Shown: positions 42,501-58,599 of the stretch, piece by piece
Layout of the letters: each line of letters opens with the position of its first letter
How positions within the stretch are numbered: position 1 is the first letter of the stretch
Assembly: GCA_964057225.1 (NCBI GenBank)
Contig: OZ059900.1
Location: 1,550,001 to 1,614,000 of the forward strand
Length of the DNA: 64,000 bases
Reading direction: 5' to 3'
Source: Auanema rhodensis
Taxonomy: Eukaryota > Animalia > Nematoda
Translations under genes and position numbers: made by a program
Notes under the pieces: generated by a model
Told to the model about the DNA's origin: nothing
Database searches by the model: none
Seen by the model: the letters and a program-made list of their open reading frames with translations, nothing else

Positions 42501-45500
42501 ACGCTAGTGATGTTTAAATACTGAATTTCGCTCAAATAGCATTACTACACTAAGTATGGTCGTTTTCATGCCTTTAACACCATATACTCACCGATTTTTG
42601 GTACAAAATCTGTGATACTCGTAAATTTTGATCATATTCGGTGAGATTCGAGAATCAAACACACAATACACGAAATAAGTTTATTTTTACGAGTTTGCAC
42701 TGATATTTATTCATTTTGATCAAAAAAGGTCGAAAATAGAAAGAATTTTTGAAATTTCCGAGTTTTGAGTCTAATTTGGCTAAATCGCTCATATATATGA
42801 TCAAAAGCATAGTTTTATTGTCTATGACAACAAAAGTCATAAATTAAACGCTAGTGATGTTTAAATACTGATTTTCGCTCAAATAGCATTACTACACTAA
42901 GTATGGTCGTTTTTATGCCTTTAACACCATATACTCACCGATTTTTGGTACAAAATCTGTGATACTCGTAAATTTTGATCATATTCGGTGAGATTCGAGG
43001 ATCGAACACACAATACACGAAATATGTTTATTTTGACGAGTTTGCACTGATATTTATTCATTTTGATCAAAAAAGGTCGAAAATAGAAAGAATTTTTGAA
43101 ATTTCCGAGTTTTGAGTCTAATTTGGCTAAATCGCTCATATACATGATCAGAAGCATAGTTTTATTGTCTATGACAACAAAAGTCATCAATTAAACGCTA
43201 GTGATGTTTAAATACTGATTTTCGCTCAAATAGCATTACTACACTAAGTATGGTCGTTTTTATGCCTTTAACACCATATACTCACCGATTTTTGGTACAA
43301 AATCTGTAATACTCGTAAATTTTGATCATATTCGTTAAGATTTGAAAATCAAACACACAATAAACAAAATCAGTCTATTTTTATGAGCTTGCACTGATAT
43401 ATATTCATTTTGATCAAAAAAGGTCGAAAATAGAAAGAATTTTTGAAATTTACGAGTTTTGAGTCTAATTTGGCTAAATCGCTCATATATATGATCAAAA
43501 GCATAGTTTTACTGTCTATGATAACAAAAGTCTTCAAATATACACTAATAATGTGTAAATCACTGAATTTCACTCAAATGCATTACTACACTAAGTATGG
43601 TCGTTTTTATGCCTTTAACACCATATACTCACCGATTTTTGGTACAAAATCTGTAATACTTGTAAATTTTGATCATATTCGTTAAGATTCGAGAATCAAA
43701 CACACAATACACGAAATAAGTTTATTTTTACGAGTTTGCACTGATATTTATTCATTTTGATCAAAAAAGGTCGAAAATAGAAAGAATTTTTGAAATTTCC
43801 GAGTTTTGAGTCTAATTTGGCTAAATTGCTCATATACATGATCAGAAGCATAGTTTTATTGTCAATGACAACAAAAGTCATCAATTAAACGCTAGTGATG
43901 TTTAAATACTGATTTTCGCTCAAATAGCATTACTACACTAAGTATGGTCATTTTTATGCCTTTAACACCATATACTCACCGATTTTTGGTACAAAATCTG
44001 TAATACTCGTAAATTTTGATCATATTCGTTAAGATTTGAGAATCAAACACACAATAAACAAAATCAGTCTATTTTTATGAGCTTGCACTGATATTTATTC
44101 ATTTTGATCAAAAAAGGTCGAAAATAGAAAGAATTTTTGAAATTTCCGAGTTTTGAATCTAATTTGGCTAAATCGCTCATATACATGATCAGAAGCATAG
44201 TTTTATTGTCTATGACAACAAAAGTCATCAATTAAACGCTAGTGATGTTTAAATACTGATTTTCGCTCAAATAGCATTACTACACTAAGTATGGTCGTTT
44301 TTATGCCTTTAACACCATATACTCACCGATTTTTGGTACAAAATCTGTAATACTCGTAAATTTTGATCATATTCGTTAAGATTTGAAAATCAAACACACA
44401 ATAAACAAAATCAGTCTATTTTTATGAGCTTGCACTGATATATATTCATTTTGATCAAAAAAGGTCGAAAATAGAAAGAATTTTTGAAATTTACGAGTTT
44501 TGAATCTAATTTGGCTAAATCGCTCATATATATGATCAAAAGCATAGTTTTACTGTCTATGATAACAAAAGTCTTCAAATATACACTAATAATGATTAAA
44601 TCACTGAATTTCACTCAAATAGCATTACTACACTAAGTATGGTCGTTTTCATGCCTTTAACACCATATATTCACCGATTTTTGGTACAAAATCTGTAATA
44701 CTTGTAAATTTTGATCATATTCGTTAAGATTCGAGAATCAAACACACAATACACGAAATAAGTTTATTTTTACGAGTTTGCACTGATATTTATTCATTTT
44801 GATCAAAAAAGGTCGAAAATAGAAAGAATTTTTGAAATTTCCGAGTTTTGAGTCTAATTTGGCTAAATCGCTCATATATATGATCAAAAGCATAGTTTTA
44901 TTGTCTATGACAACAAAAGTCATCAATTAAACGCTAGTGATGTTTAAATACTGAATTTCGCTCAAATAGCATTACTACACTAAGTATGGTCGTTTTTATG
45001 CCTTTAACACCATATACTCACCGATTTTTGGTACAAAATCTGTAATACTCGTAAATTTTGATCATATTCGTTAAGATTTGAGAATCAAACACACAATAAA
45101 CAAAATCAGTCTATTTTTATGAGCTTGCACTGATATATATTCATTTTGATCAAAAAAGGTCGAAAATAGAAAGAATTTTTGAATTTTCCGAGTTTTGAGT
45201 CCAATTGGGCTAAATCGCTCATATATATGATCAAAAGCATAGTTTTATTGTCTATAACAACAAAAGTCATCAATTAAACGCTAGTGATGTTTAAATACTG
45301 AATTTCACTCAAATAGCATTACTACACTAAGTATGGTCGTTTTTATGCCTTTAACACCATATACTCACCGATTTTTGGTACAAAATCTGTGATACTCGTA
45401 AATTTTGATCATATTCGGTGAGATTCGAGGATCGAACACACAATACACGAAATATGTTTATTTTGACGAGTTTGCACTGATATTTATTCATTTTGATCAA

Positions 45501-48500
45501 AAAAGGTCGAAAATAGAAAGAATTTTTGAAATTTCCGAGTTTTGAATCTAATTTGGCTAAATCGCTCATATACATGATCAAAAGCATAGTTTTACTGTCT
45601 ATGATAACAAAAGTCTTCAAATATACACTAATAATGATTAAATCACTGAATTTCACTCAAATAGCATTACTACACTAAGTATGGTCGTTTTCATGCCTTT
45701 AACACCATATACTCACCGATTTTTGGTACAAAATCTGTGATACTCGTAAATTTTGATCATATTTGGTGAGATTCGAGAATCAAACACACAATACACGAAA
45801 TAAGTTTATTTTTACGAGTTTGCACTGATATTTATTCATTTTGATCAAAAAAGGTCGAAAATAGAAAGAATTTTTGAAATTTCCGAGTTTTGAGTCTAAT
45901 TTGGCTAAATCGCTCATATATATGATCAAAAGCATAGTTTTATTGTCTATGACAACAAAAGTCATCAATTAAACGCTAGTGATGTTTAAATACTGAATTT
46001 CGCTCAAATAGCATTACTACACTAAGTATGGTCGTTTTTATGCCTTTAACACCATATACTCACCGATTTTTGGTACAAAATCTGTAATACTCGTAAATTT
46101 TGATCATATTCGGTGAGATTCGAGAATCAAACACACAATACACGAAATAAGTTTATTTTGACGAGTTTGCACTGATATTTATTCTTTTTGATCAAAAAAG
46201 GTCGAAAATAGAAAGAATTTTTGAATTTTCCGAGTTTTGAGTCCAATTGGGCTAAATCGCTCATATATATGATCAAAAGCATAGTTTTATTGTCTATAAC
46301 AACAAAAGTCATCAATTAAACGCTAGTGATGTTTAAATACTGAATTTCACTCAAATAGCATTACTACACTAAGTATGGTCGTTTTTATGCCTTTAACACC
46401 ATATACTCACCGATTTTTGGTACAAAATCTGTGATACTCGTAAATTTTGATCATATTCGGTGAGATTCGAGAATCAAACACACAATACACGAAATAAGTT
46501 TATTTTGACGAGTTTGCACTGATATTTATTCTTTTTGATCAAAAAAGGTCGAAAATAGAAAGAATTTTTGAATTTTCCGAGTTTTGAGTCCAATTGGGCT
46601 AAATCGCTCATATATATGATCAAAAGCATAGTTTTATTGTCTATAACAACAAAAGTCATCAATTAAACGCTAGTGATGTTTAAATACTGAATTTCACTCA
46701 AATAGCATTACTACACTAAGTATGGTCGTTTTTATGCCTTTAACACCATATACTCACCGATTTTTGGTACAAAATCTGTGATACTCGTAAATTTTGATCA
46801 TATTCGGTGAGATTCGAGAATCAAACACACAATACACGAAATAAGTCTATTTTTATGAGCTTGCACTGATATATATTCATTTTGATCAAAAAAGGTCGAA
46901 AATAGAAAGAATTTTTGAAATTTACGAGTTTTGAATCTAATTTGGCTAAATCGCTCATATATATGATCAAAAGCATAGTTTTATTGTCTATGACAACAAA
47001 AGTCATCAATTAAACGCTAGTGATGTTTAAATACTTAATTTCGCTCAAATAGCATTACTACACTAAGTATGGTCGTTTTTATGCCTTTAACACCATATAC
47101 TCACCGATTTTTGGTACAAAATCTGTGATACTCGTAAATTTTGATCATATTCGGTGAGATTCGAGAATCAAACACACAATACACGAAATAAGTTTATTTT
47201 GACGAGTTTGCACTGATATTTATTCTTTTTGATCAAAAAAGGTCGAAAATAGAAAGAATTTTTGAAATTTCCGAGTTTTGAGTCTAATTTGGCTAAATCG
47301 CTCATATACATGATCAGAAGCATAGTTTTATTGTCTATGACAACAAAAGTCATCAATTAAACGCTAGTGATGTTTAAATACTGATTTTCGCTCAAATAGC
47401 ATTACTACACTAAGTATGGTCGTTTTTATGCCTTTAACACCATATACTCACCGATTTTTGGTACAAAATCTGTAATACTCGTAAATTTTGATCATATTCG
47501 TTAAGATTCGAGAATCAAACATACAATACACAAAATCAGTCTATTTTTATGAGCTTGCACTGATATATATTCATTTTGATCAAAAAAGGTCGAAAATAGA
47601 AAGAATTTTTGAAATTTACGAGTTTTGAATCTAATTTGGCTAAATCGCTCATATATATGATCAAAAGCATAGTTTTACTGTCTATGATAACAAAAGTCTT
47701 CAAATATACACTAATAATGATTAAATCACTGAATTTCACTCAAATAGCATTACTACACTAAGTATGGTCGTTTTTATGCCTTTAACACCATATACTCACC
47801 GATTTTTGGTACAAAATCTGTAATACTTGTAAATTTTGATCATATTCGTTAAGATTCGAGAATCAAACACACAATACACGAAATAAGTTTATTTTTACGA
47901 GTTTGCACTGATATTTATTCATTTTGATCAAAAAAGGTCGAAAATAGAAAGAATTTTTGAAATTTCCGAGTTTTGAGTCTAATTTGGCTAAATCGCTCAT
48001 ATACATGATCAGAAGCATAGTTTTATTGTCTATGACAACAAAAGTCATCAATTAAACGCTAGTGATGTTTAAATACTGATTTTCGCTCAAATAGCATTAC
48101 TACACTAAGTATGGTCGTTTTTATGCCTTTAACACCATACACTCACCGATTTTTGGTACAAAATCTGTAATACTCGTAATTTTTGATCATATTTGTTAAG
48201 ATTTGAAAATCAAACACACAATAAACAAAATCAGTCTATTTTTATGAGTTTGCACTGATATATATTCATTTTGATCAAAAAAGGTCGAAAATAGAAAGAA
48301 TTTTCGAATTTTCCGAGTTTTGAGTCTAATTTGGCTAAATCGCTCATATATATGATCAGAAGCATAGTTTTATTGTATATGACAACAAAAGTCATTAGGT
48401 AAACACTAATGATGTTTAAATCACTAAATTTCGCTCAAATAGCATTACTACACTAAGTATGGTCGTTTTTATGCCTTTAACACCATATACTCACCGATTT

Positions 48501-51500
48501 TTGGTACAAAATCTGTAATACTTGTAAGTTTTGATCATATTCGTTAAGATTCGAGAATCAAACAATCAAATACACGAAATAAGTCTATTTTTATGAGTTT
48601 GCACTGATATTTATTCATTTTGATCAAAAAAGGTCGAAAATAGAAAGAATTTTTGAATTTTCCGAGTTTTGAGTCCAATTGGGCTAAATCGCTCATATAT
48701 ATGATCAAAAGCATAGTTTTACTGTCTATGATAACAAAAGTCTTCAAATATACATTAATGATGTGTAAATCACTGAATTTCACTCAAATAGCTTTACTAC
48801 ACTAAGTATGGTCGTTTTTATGCCTTTAACACCATATACTCACCGATTTTTGGTACAAAATCTGTAATACTCGTAAATTTTGATCATATTCGTTAAAATT
48901 TGAGAATCAAACATACAATACACAAAATCAGTCTATTTTTATGAGCTTGCACTGATATATATTCATTTTGATCAAAAAAGGTCGAAAATAGAAAGAATTT
49001 TTGAAATTTCCGAGTTTTGAGTCTAATTTGGCTAAATCGCTCATATATATGATCAAAAGCATAGTTTTACTGTCTATGATAACAAAAGTCTTCAAATATA
49101 CACTAATAATGTGTAAATCACTGAATTTCACTCAAATAGCTTTACTACACTAAGTATGGTCGTTTTTATGCCTTTAACACCATATACTCAACGATTTTTG
49201 GTACAAAATCTGTAATACTCGTAAATTTTGATCATATTCGTTAAGATTTGAGAATCAAACATACAATACACAAAATCAGTCTATTTTTATGAGCTTGCAC
49301 TGATATATATTCATTTTGATCAAAAAAGGTCGAAAATAGAAAGAATTTTTGAAATTTCCGAGTTTTTAGTCTAATTTGGCTAAATCGCTCATATACATGA
49401 TCAGAAGCATAGTTTTATTGTCTATGACAACAAAAGTCTTCAAATATACACTAATAATGTGTAAATCACTGAATTTCACTCAAATAGCTTTACTACACTA
49501 AGTATGGTCGTTTTTATGCCTTTAACACCATATACTCAACGATTTTTGGTACAAAATCTGTGATACTCGTAAATTTTGATCATATTCGGTGAGATTCGAG
49601 AATCAAACATACAATACACAAAATCAGTCTATTTTTATGAGCTTGCACTGATATATATTCATTTTGATCAAAAAAGGTCGAAAATAGAAAGAATTTTTGA
49701 AATTTACGAGTTTTGAGTCTAATTTGGCTAAATCGCTCATATATATGATCAGAAGCATAGATTTATTGTCTATGATAACAAAAGTCTTCAAATATACACT
49801 AATAATGTGTAAATCACTGAATTTCACTCAAATAGCATTACTACACTAAGTATGGTCGTTTTCATGCCTTTAACACCATATACTCACCGATTTTTGGTAC
49901 AAAATCTGTGATACTCGTAAATTTTGATCATATTCGGTGAGATTCGAGAATCAAACACACAATACACGAAATAAGTTTATTTTTACGAGTTTGCACTGAT
50001 ATTTATTCATTTTGATCAAAAAAGGTCGAAAATAGAAAGAATTTTTGAAATTTCCGAGTTTTGAGTCTAATTTGGCTAAATCGCTCATATATATGATCAA
50101 AAGCATAGTTTTACTGTCTATGATAACAAAAGTCTTCAAATATACACTAATAATGTGTAAATCACTGAATTTCACTCAAATGCATTACTACACTAAGTAT
50201 GGTCGTTTTTATGCCTTTAACACCATATACTCACCGATTTTTGGTACAAAATCTGTAATACTTGTAAATTTTGATCATATTCGTTAAGATTCGAGAATCA
50301 AACACACAATACACGAAATAAGTTTATTTTTACGAGTTTGCACTGATATTTATTCATTTTGATCAAAAAAGGTCGAAAATAGAAAGAATTTTTGAAATTT
50401 CCGAGTTTTGAGTCTAATTTGGCTAAATCGCTCATATATATGATCAAAAGCATAGTTTTATTGTCTATGACAACAAAAGTCATCAATTAAACGCTAGTGA
50501 TGTTTAAATACTGAATTTCGCTCAAATAGCATTACTACACTAAGTATGGTCGTTTTTATGCCTTTAACACCATATACTCACCGATTTTTGGTACAAAATC
50601 TGTAATACTCGTAAATTTTGATCATATTCGTTAAGATTTGAGAATCAAACATACAATACACAAAATCAGTCTATTTTTATGAGCTTGCACTGATATATAT
50701 TCATTTTGATCAAAAAAGGTCGAAAATAGAAAGAATTTTTGAATTTTCCGAGTTTTGAGTCCAATTGGGCTAAATCGCTCATATATATGATCAAAAGCAT
50801 AGTTTTACTGTCTATGATAACAAAAGTCTTCAAATATACATTAATGATGTGTAAATCACTGAATTTCACTCAAATAGCTTTACTACACTAAGTATGGTCG
50901 TTTTTATGCCTTTAACACCATATACTCACCGATTTTTGGTACAAAATCTGTAATACTCGTAAATTTTGATCATATTCGTTAAAATTTGAGAATCAAACAT
51001 ACAATACACAAAATCAGTCTATTTTTATGAGCTTGCACTGATATATATTCATTTTGATCAAAAAAGGTCGAAAATAGAAAGAATTTTTGAAATTTCCGAG
51101 TTTTGAGTCTAATTTGGCTAAATCGCTCATATATATGATCAAAAGCATAGTTTTACTGTCTATGATAACAAAAGTCTTCAAATATACACTAATAATGTGT
51201 AAATCACTGAATTTCACTCAAATAGCTTTACTACACTAAGTATGGTCGTTTTTATGCCTTTAACACCATATACTCAACGATTTTTGGTACAAAATCTGTA
51301 ATACTCGTAAATTTTGATCATATTCGTTAAGATTTGAGAATCAAACATACAATACACAAAATCAGTCTATTTTTATGAGCTTGCACTGATATATATTCAT
51401 TTTGATCAAAAAAGGTCGAAAATAGAAAGAATTTTTGAAATTTCCGAGTTTTTAGTCTAATTTGGCTAAATCGCTCATATACATGATCAGAAGCATAGTT

Positions 51501-54500
51501 TTATTGTCTATGACAACAAAAGTCTTCAAATATACACTAATAATGTGTAAATCACTGAATTTCACTCAAATAGCTTTACTACACTAAGTATGGTCGTTTT
51601 TATGCCTTTAACACCATATACTCAACGATTTTTGGTACAAAATCTGTGATACTCGTAAATTTTGATCATATTCGGTGAGATTCGAGAATCAAACATACAA
51701 TACACAAAATCAGTCTATTTTTATGAGCTTGCACTGATATATATTCATTTTGATCAAAAAAGGTCGAAAATAGAAAGAATTTTTGAAATTTACGAGTTTT
51801 GAGTCTAATTTGGCTAAATCGCTCATATATATGATCAGAAGCATAGATTTATTGTCTATGATAACAAAAGTCTTCAAATATACACTAATAATGTGTAAAT
51901 CACTGAATTTCACTCAAATAGCATTACTACACTAAGTATGGTCGTTTTCATGCCTTTAACACCATATACTCACCGATTTTTGGTACAAAATCTGTGATAC
52001 TCGTAAATTTTGATCATATTCGGTGAGATTCGAGAATCAAACACACAATACACGAAATAAGTTTATTTTTACGAGTTTGCACTGATATTTATTCATTTTG
52101 ATCAAAAAAGGTCGAAAATAGAAAGAATTTTTGAAATTTCCGAGTTTTGAGTCTAATTTGGCTAAATCGCTCATATATATGATCAAAAGCATAGTTTTAC
52201 TGTCTATGATAACAAAAGTCTTCAAATATACACTAATAATGTGTAAATCACTGAATTTCACTCAAATGCATTACTACACTAAGTATGGTCGTTTTTATGC
52301 CTTTAACACCATATACTCACCGATTTTTGGTACAAAATCTGTAATACTTGTAAATTTTGATCATATTCGTTAAGATTCGAGAATCAAACACACAATACAC
52401 GAAATAAGTTTATTTTTACGAGTTTGCACTGATATTTATTCATTTTGATCAAAAAAGGTCGAAAATAGAAAGAATTTTTGAATTTTCCGAGTTTTGAGTC
52501 CAATTGGGCTAAATCGCTCATATATATGATCAAAAGCATAGTTTTATTGTCTATGACAACAAAAGTCATCAATTAAACGCTAGTGATGTTTAAATACTGA
52601 ATTTCGCTCAAATAGCATTACTACACTAAGTATGGTCGTTTTTATGCCTTTAACACCATATACTCACCGATTTTTGGTACAAAATCTGTAATACTCGTAA
52701 ATTTTGATCATATTCGTTAAGATTTGAGAATCAAACATACAATACACAAAATCAGTCTATTTTTATGAGCTTGCACTGATATATATTCATTTTGATCAAA
52801 AAAGGTCGAAAATAGAAAGAATTTTTGAAATTTACGAGTTTTGAATCTAATTTGGCTAAATCGCTCATATATATGATCAAAAGCATAGTTTTACTGTCTA
52901 TGATAACAAAAGTCTTCAAATATACACTAATAATGATTAAATCACTGAATTTCACTCAAATAGCATTACTACACTAAGTATGGTCGTTTTCATGCCTTTA
53001 ACACCATATACTCACCGATTTTTGGTACAAAATCTGTGATACTCGTAAATTTTGATCATATTTGGTGAGATTCGAGAATCAAACACACAATACACGAAAT
53101 AAGTTTATTTTTACGAGTTTGCACTGATATTTATTCATTTTGATCAAAAAAGGTCGAAAATAGAAAGAATTTTTGAAATTTCCGAGTTTTGAGTCTAATT
53201 TGGCTAAATCGCTCATATATATGATCAAAAGCATAGTTTTATTGTCTATGACAACAAAAGTCATCAATTAAACGCTAGTGATGTTTAAATACTGAATTTC
53301 GCTCAAATAGCATTACTACACTAAGTATGGTCGTTTTTATGCCTTTAACACCATATACTCACCGATTTTTGGTACAAAATCTGTGATACTCGTAAATTTT
53401 GATCATATTCGGTGAGATTCGAGGATCGAACACACAATACACGAAATAAGTTTATTTTGACGAGTTTGCACTGATATTTATTCTTTTTGATCAAAAAAGG
53501 TCGAAAATAGAAAGAATTTTTGAATTTTCCGAGTTTTGAGTCCAATTGGGCTAAATCGCTCATATATATGATCAAAAGCATAGTTTTATTGTCTATAACA
53601 ACAAAAGTCATCAATTAAACGCTAGTGATGTTTAAATACTGAATTTCACTCAAATAGCATTACTACACTAAGTATGGTCGTTTTTATGCCTTTAACACCA
53701 TATACTCACCGATTTTTGGTACAAAATCTGTGATACTCGTAAATTTTGATCATATTCGGTGAGATTCGAGAATCAAACACACAATACACGAAATAAGTTT
53801 ATTTTTACGAGTTTGCACTGATATTTATTCATTTTGATCAAAAAAGGTCGAAAATAGAAAGAATTTTTGAAATTTCCGAGTTTTGAGTCTAATTTGGCTA
53901 AATCGCTCATATACATGATCAGAAGCATAGTTTTATTGTCTATGACAACAAAAGTCATCAATTAAACGCTAGTGATGTTTAAATACTGATTTTCGCTCAA
54001 ATAGCATTACTACACTAAGTATGGTCGTTTTTATGCCTTTAACACCATATACTCACCGATTTTTGGTACAAAATCTGTAATACTCGTAAATTTTGATCAT
54101 ATTCGTTAAGATTTGAGAATCAAACATACAATACACAAAATCAGTCTATTTTTATGAGCTTGCACTGATATATATTCATTTTGATCAAAAAAGGTCGAAA
54201 ATAGAAAGAATTTTTGAAATTTACGAGTTTTGAATCTAATTTGGCTAAATCGCTCATATATATGATCAAAAGCATAGTTTTACTGTCTATGATAACAAAA
54301 GTCTTCAAATATACACTAATAATGATTAAATCACTGAATTTCACTCAAATAGCATTACTACACTAAGTATGGTCGTTTTTATGCCTTTAACACCATATAC
54401 TCACCGATTTTTGGTACAAAATCTGTAATACTTGTAAATTTTGATCATATTCGTTAAGATTCGAGAATCAAACACACAATACACGAAATAAGTTTATTTT

Positions 54501-57500
54501 TACGAGTTTGCACTGATATTTATTCATTTTGATCAAAAAAGGTCGAAAATAGAAAGAATTTTTGAAATTTCCGAGTTTTGAGTCTAATTTGGCTAAATCG
54601 CTCATATACATGATCAGAAGCATAGTTTTATTGTCTATGACAACAAAAGTCATCAATTAAACGCTAGTGATGTTTAAATACTGATTTTCGCTCAAATAGC
54701 ATTACTACACTAAGTATGGTCGTTTTTATGCCTTTAACACCATACACTCACCGATTTTTGGTACAAAATCTGTAATACTCGTAAATTTTGATCATATTCG
54801 TTAAGATTTGAAAATCAAACACACAATAAACAAAATCAGTCTATTTTTATGAGTTTGCACTGATATATATTCATTTTGATCAAAAAAGGTCGAAAATAGA
54901 AAGAATTTTCGAATTTTCCGAGTTTTGAGTCTAATTTGGCTAAATCGCTCATATATATGATCAGAAGCATAGTTTTATTGTATATGACAACAAAAGTCAT
55001 TAGGTAAACACTAATGATGTTTAAATCACTAAATTTCGCTCAAATAGCATTACTACACTAAGTATGGTCGTTTTTATGCCTTTAACACCATATACTCACC
55101 GATTTTTGGTACAAAATCTGTAATACTTGTAAATTTTGATCATATTCGTTAAGATTCGAGAATCAAACAATCAAATACACGAAATAAGTCTATTTTTATG
55201 AGTTTGCACTGATATTTATTCATTTTGATCAAAAAAGGTCGAAAATAGAAAGAATTTTTGAATTTTCCGAGTTTTGAGTCCAATTGGGCTAAATCGCTCA
55301 TATATATGATCAAAAGCATAGTTTTACTGTCTATGATAACAAAAGTCTTCAAATATACATTAATGATGTGTAAATCACTGAATTTCACTCAAATAGCTTT
55401 ACTACACTAAGTATGGTCGTTTTTATGCCTTTAACACCATATACTCACCGATTTTTGGTACAAAATCTGTAATACTCGTAAATTTTGATCATATTCGTTA
55501 AAATTTGAGAATCAAACATACAATACACAAAATCAGTCTATTTTTATGAGCTTGCACTGATATATATTCATTTTGATCAAAAAAGGTCGAAAATAGAAAG
55601 CATTTTTGAAATTTCCGAGTTTTGAGTCTAATTTGGCTAAATCGCTCATATATATGATCAAAAGCATAGTTTTACTGTCTATGATAACAAAAGTCTTCAA
55701 ATATACACTAATAATGTGTAAATCACTGAATTTCACTCAAATAGCTTTACTACACTAAGTATGGTCGTTTTTATGCCTTTAACACCATATACTCACCGAT
55801 TTTTGGTACAAAATCTGTAATACTCGTAAATTTCGATCATATTCGTTAAGATTCGAGAATCAAACACACAATACACGAAATAAGTTTATTTTTACCAGTT
55901 TGCACTGATATTTATTCATTTTGATCAAAAAAGGTCGAAAATAGAAAGAATTTTTGAATTTTCCGAGTTTTTAGTCTAATTTGGCTAAATCGCTCATATA
56001 CATGATCAGAAGCATAGTTTTATTGTATATGACAACAAAAGTCATTAGGTAAACACTAATGATGTTTAAATCACTAAATTTCGCTCAAATAGCATTACTA
56101 CACTAAGTATGGTCGTTTTTATGCCTTTAACACCATATACTCACCGATTTTTGGTACAAAATCTGTAATACTTGTAAATTTTGATCATATTCGTTAAGAT
56201 TTGAGAATCAAACATACAATACACAAAATCAGTCTATTTTTATGAGCTTGCACTGATATATATTCATTTTGATCAAAAAAGGTCGAAAATAGAAAGCATT
56301 TTTGAAATTTCCGAGTTTTGAGTCTAATTTGGCTAAATCGCTCATATATATGATCAAAAGCATAGTTTTACTGTCTATGATAACAAAAGTCTTCAAATAT
56401 ACACTAATAATGTGTAAATCACTGAATTTCACTCAAATAGCTTTACTACACTAAGTATGGTCGTTTTTATGCCTTTAACACCATATACTCAACGATTTTT
56501 GGTACAAAATCTGTAATACTCGTAAATTTTGATCATATTCGTTAAGATTTGAGAATCAAACATACAATACACAAAATCAGTCTATTTTTATGAGCTTGCA
56601 CTGATATATATTCATTTTGATCAAAAAAGGTCGAAAATAGAAAGAATTTTTGAAATTTCCGAGTTTTTAGTCTAATTTGGCTAAATCGCTCATATACATG
56701 ATCAGAAGCATAGTTTTATTGTCTATGACAACAAAAGTCTTCAAATATACACTAATAATGTGTAAATCACTGAATTTCACTCAAATAGCTTTACTACACT
56801 AAGTATGGTCGTTTTTATGCCTTTAACACCATATACTCAACGATTTTTGGTACAAAATCTGTAATACTCGTAAATTTTGATCATATTCGTTAAGATTTGA
56901 GAATCAAACATACAATACACAAAATCAGTCTATTTTTATGAGCTTGCACTGATATATATTCATTTTGATCAAAAAAGGTCGAAAATAGAAAGAATTTTTG
57001 AAATTTCCGAGTTTTGAGTCTAATTTGGCTAAATCGCTCATATATATGATCAAAAGCATAGTTTTATTGTCTATGACAACAAAAGTCATCAATTAAACGC
57101 TAGTGATGTTTAAATACTGAATTTCGCTCAAATAGCATTACTACACTAAGTATGGTCGTTTTTATGCCTTTAACACCATATACTCACCGATTTTTGGTAC
57201 AAAATCTGTGATACTCGTAAATTTTGATCATATTCGGTGAGATTCGAGGATCGAACACACAATACACGAAATGAGTTTATTTTGACGAGTTTGCACTGAT
57301 ATTTATTCATTTTGATCAAAAAAGGTCGAAAATAGAAAGAATTTTTGAAATTTCCGAGTTTTGAGTCTAATTTGGCTAAATCGCTCATATACATGATCAG
57401 AAGCATAGTTTTATCGTATATGACAACAAAAGTCATTAGGTAAACACTAATGATGTTTAAATCACTAAATTTCGCTCAAATAGCATTACTACACTAAGTA

Positions 57501-58599
57501 TGGTCGTTTTTATGCCTTTAACACCATATACTCACCGATTTTTGGTACAAAATCTGTAATACTTGTAAATTTTGATCATATTCGTTAAGATTTGAGAATC
57601 AAACATACAATACACAAAATCATTCTATTTTTATGAGCTTGCACTGATATATATTCATTTTGATCAAAAAAGGTCGAAAATAGAAAGCATTTTTGAAATT
57701 TCCGAGTTTTGAGTCTAATTTGGCTAAATCGCTCATATATATGATCAAAAGCATAGTTTTACTGTCTATGATAACAAAAGTCTTCAAATATACACTAATA
57801 ATGTGTAAATCACTGAATTTCACTCAAATAGCTTTACTACACTAAGTATGGTCGTTTTTATGCCTTTAACACCATATACTCAACGATTTTTGGTACAAAA
57901 TCTGTAATACTCGTAAATTTTGATCATATTCGTTAAGATTTGAGAATCAAACATACAATACACAAAATCAGTCTATTTTTATGAGCTTGCACTGATATAT
58001 ATTCATTTTGATCAAAAAAGGTCGAAAATAGAAAGAATTTTTGAAATTTCCGAGTTTTTAGTCTAATTTGGCTAAATCGCTCATATACATGATCAGAAGC
58101 ATAGTTTTATTGTCTATGACAACAAAAGTCTTCAAATATACACTAATAATGTGTAAATCACTGAATTTCACTCAAATAGCTTTACTACACTAAGTATGGT
58201 CGTTTTTATGCCTTTAACACCATATACTCAACGATTTTTGGTACAAAATCTGTAATACTCGTAAATTTTGATCATATTCGTTAAGATTTGAGAATCAAAC
58301 ATACAATACACAAAATCAGTCTATTTTTATGAGCTTGCACTGATATATATTCATTTTGATCAAAAAAGGTCGAAAATAGAAAGAATTTTTGAAATTTCCG
58401 AGTTTTGAGTCTAATTTGGCTAAATCGCTCATATATATGATCAAAAGCATAGTTTTATTGTCTATGACAACAAAAGTCATCAATTAAACGCTAGTGATGT
58501 TTAAATACTGAATTTCGCTCAAATAGCATTACTACACTAAGTATGGTCGTTTTTATGCCTTTAACACCATATACTCACCGATTTTTGGTACAAAATCTG

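Larger units (their letters stand above)
28643..58180. repeat. Macro-repeat copy 2 (differs by +5, +6 and -1 monomers)
   Basis: Distinctive ORFs are paired: 15128/45351, 18321/48544, 23122/53345, 24926/55149 and 26947/57170, all at offset 30223. Collinearity ends at 27958/58181 (TAGCATT vs TAGCTTT). Confidence 0.88.
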
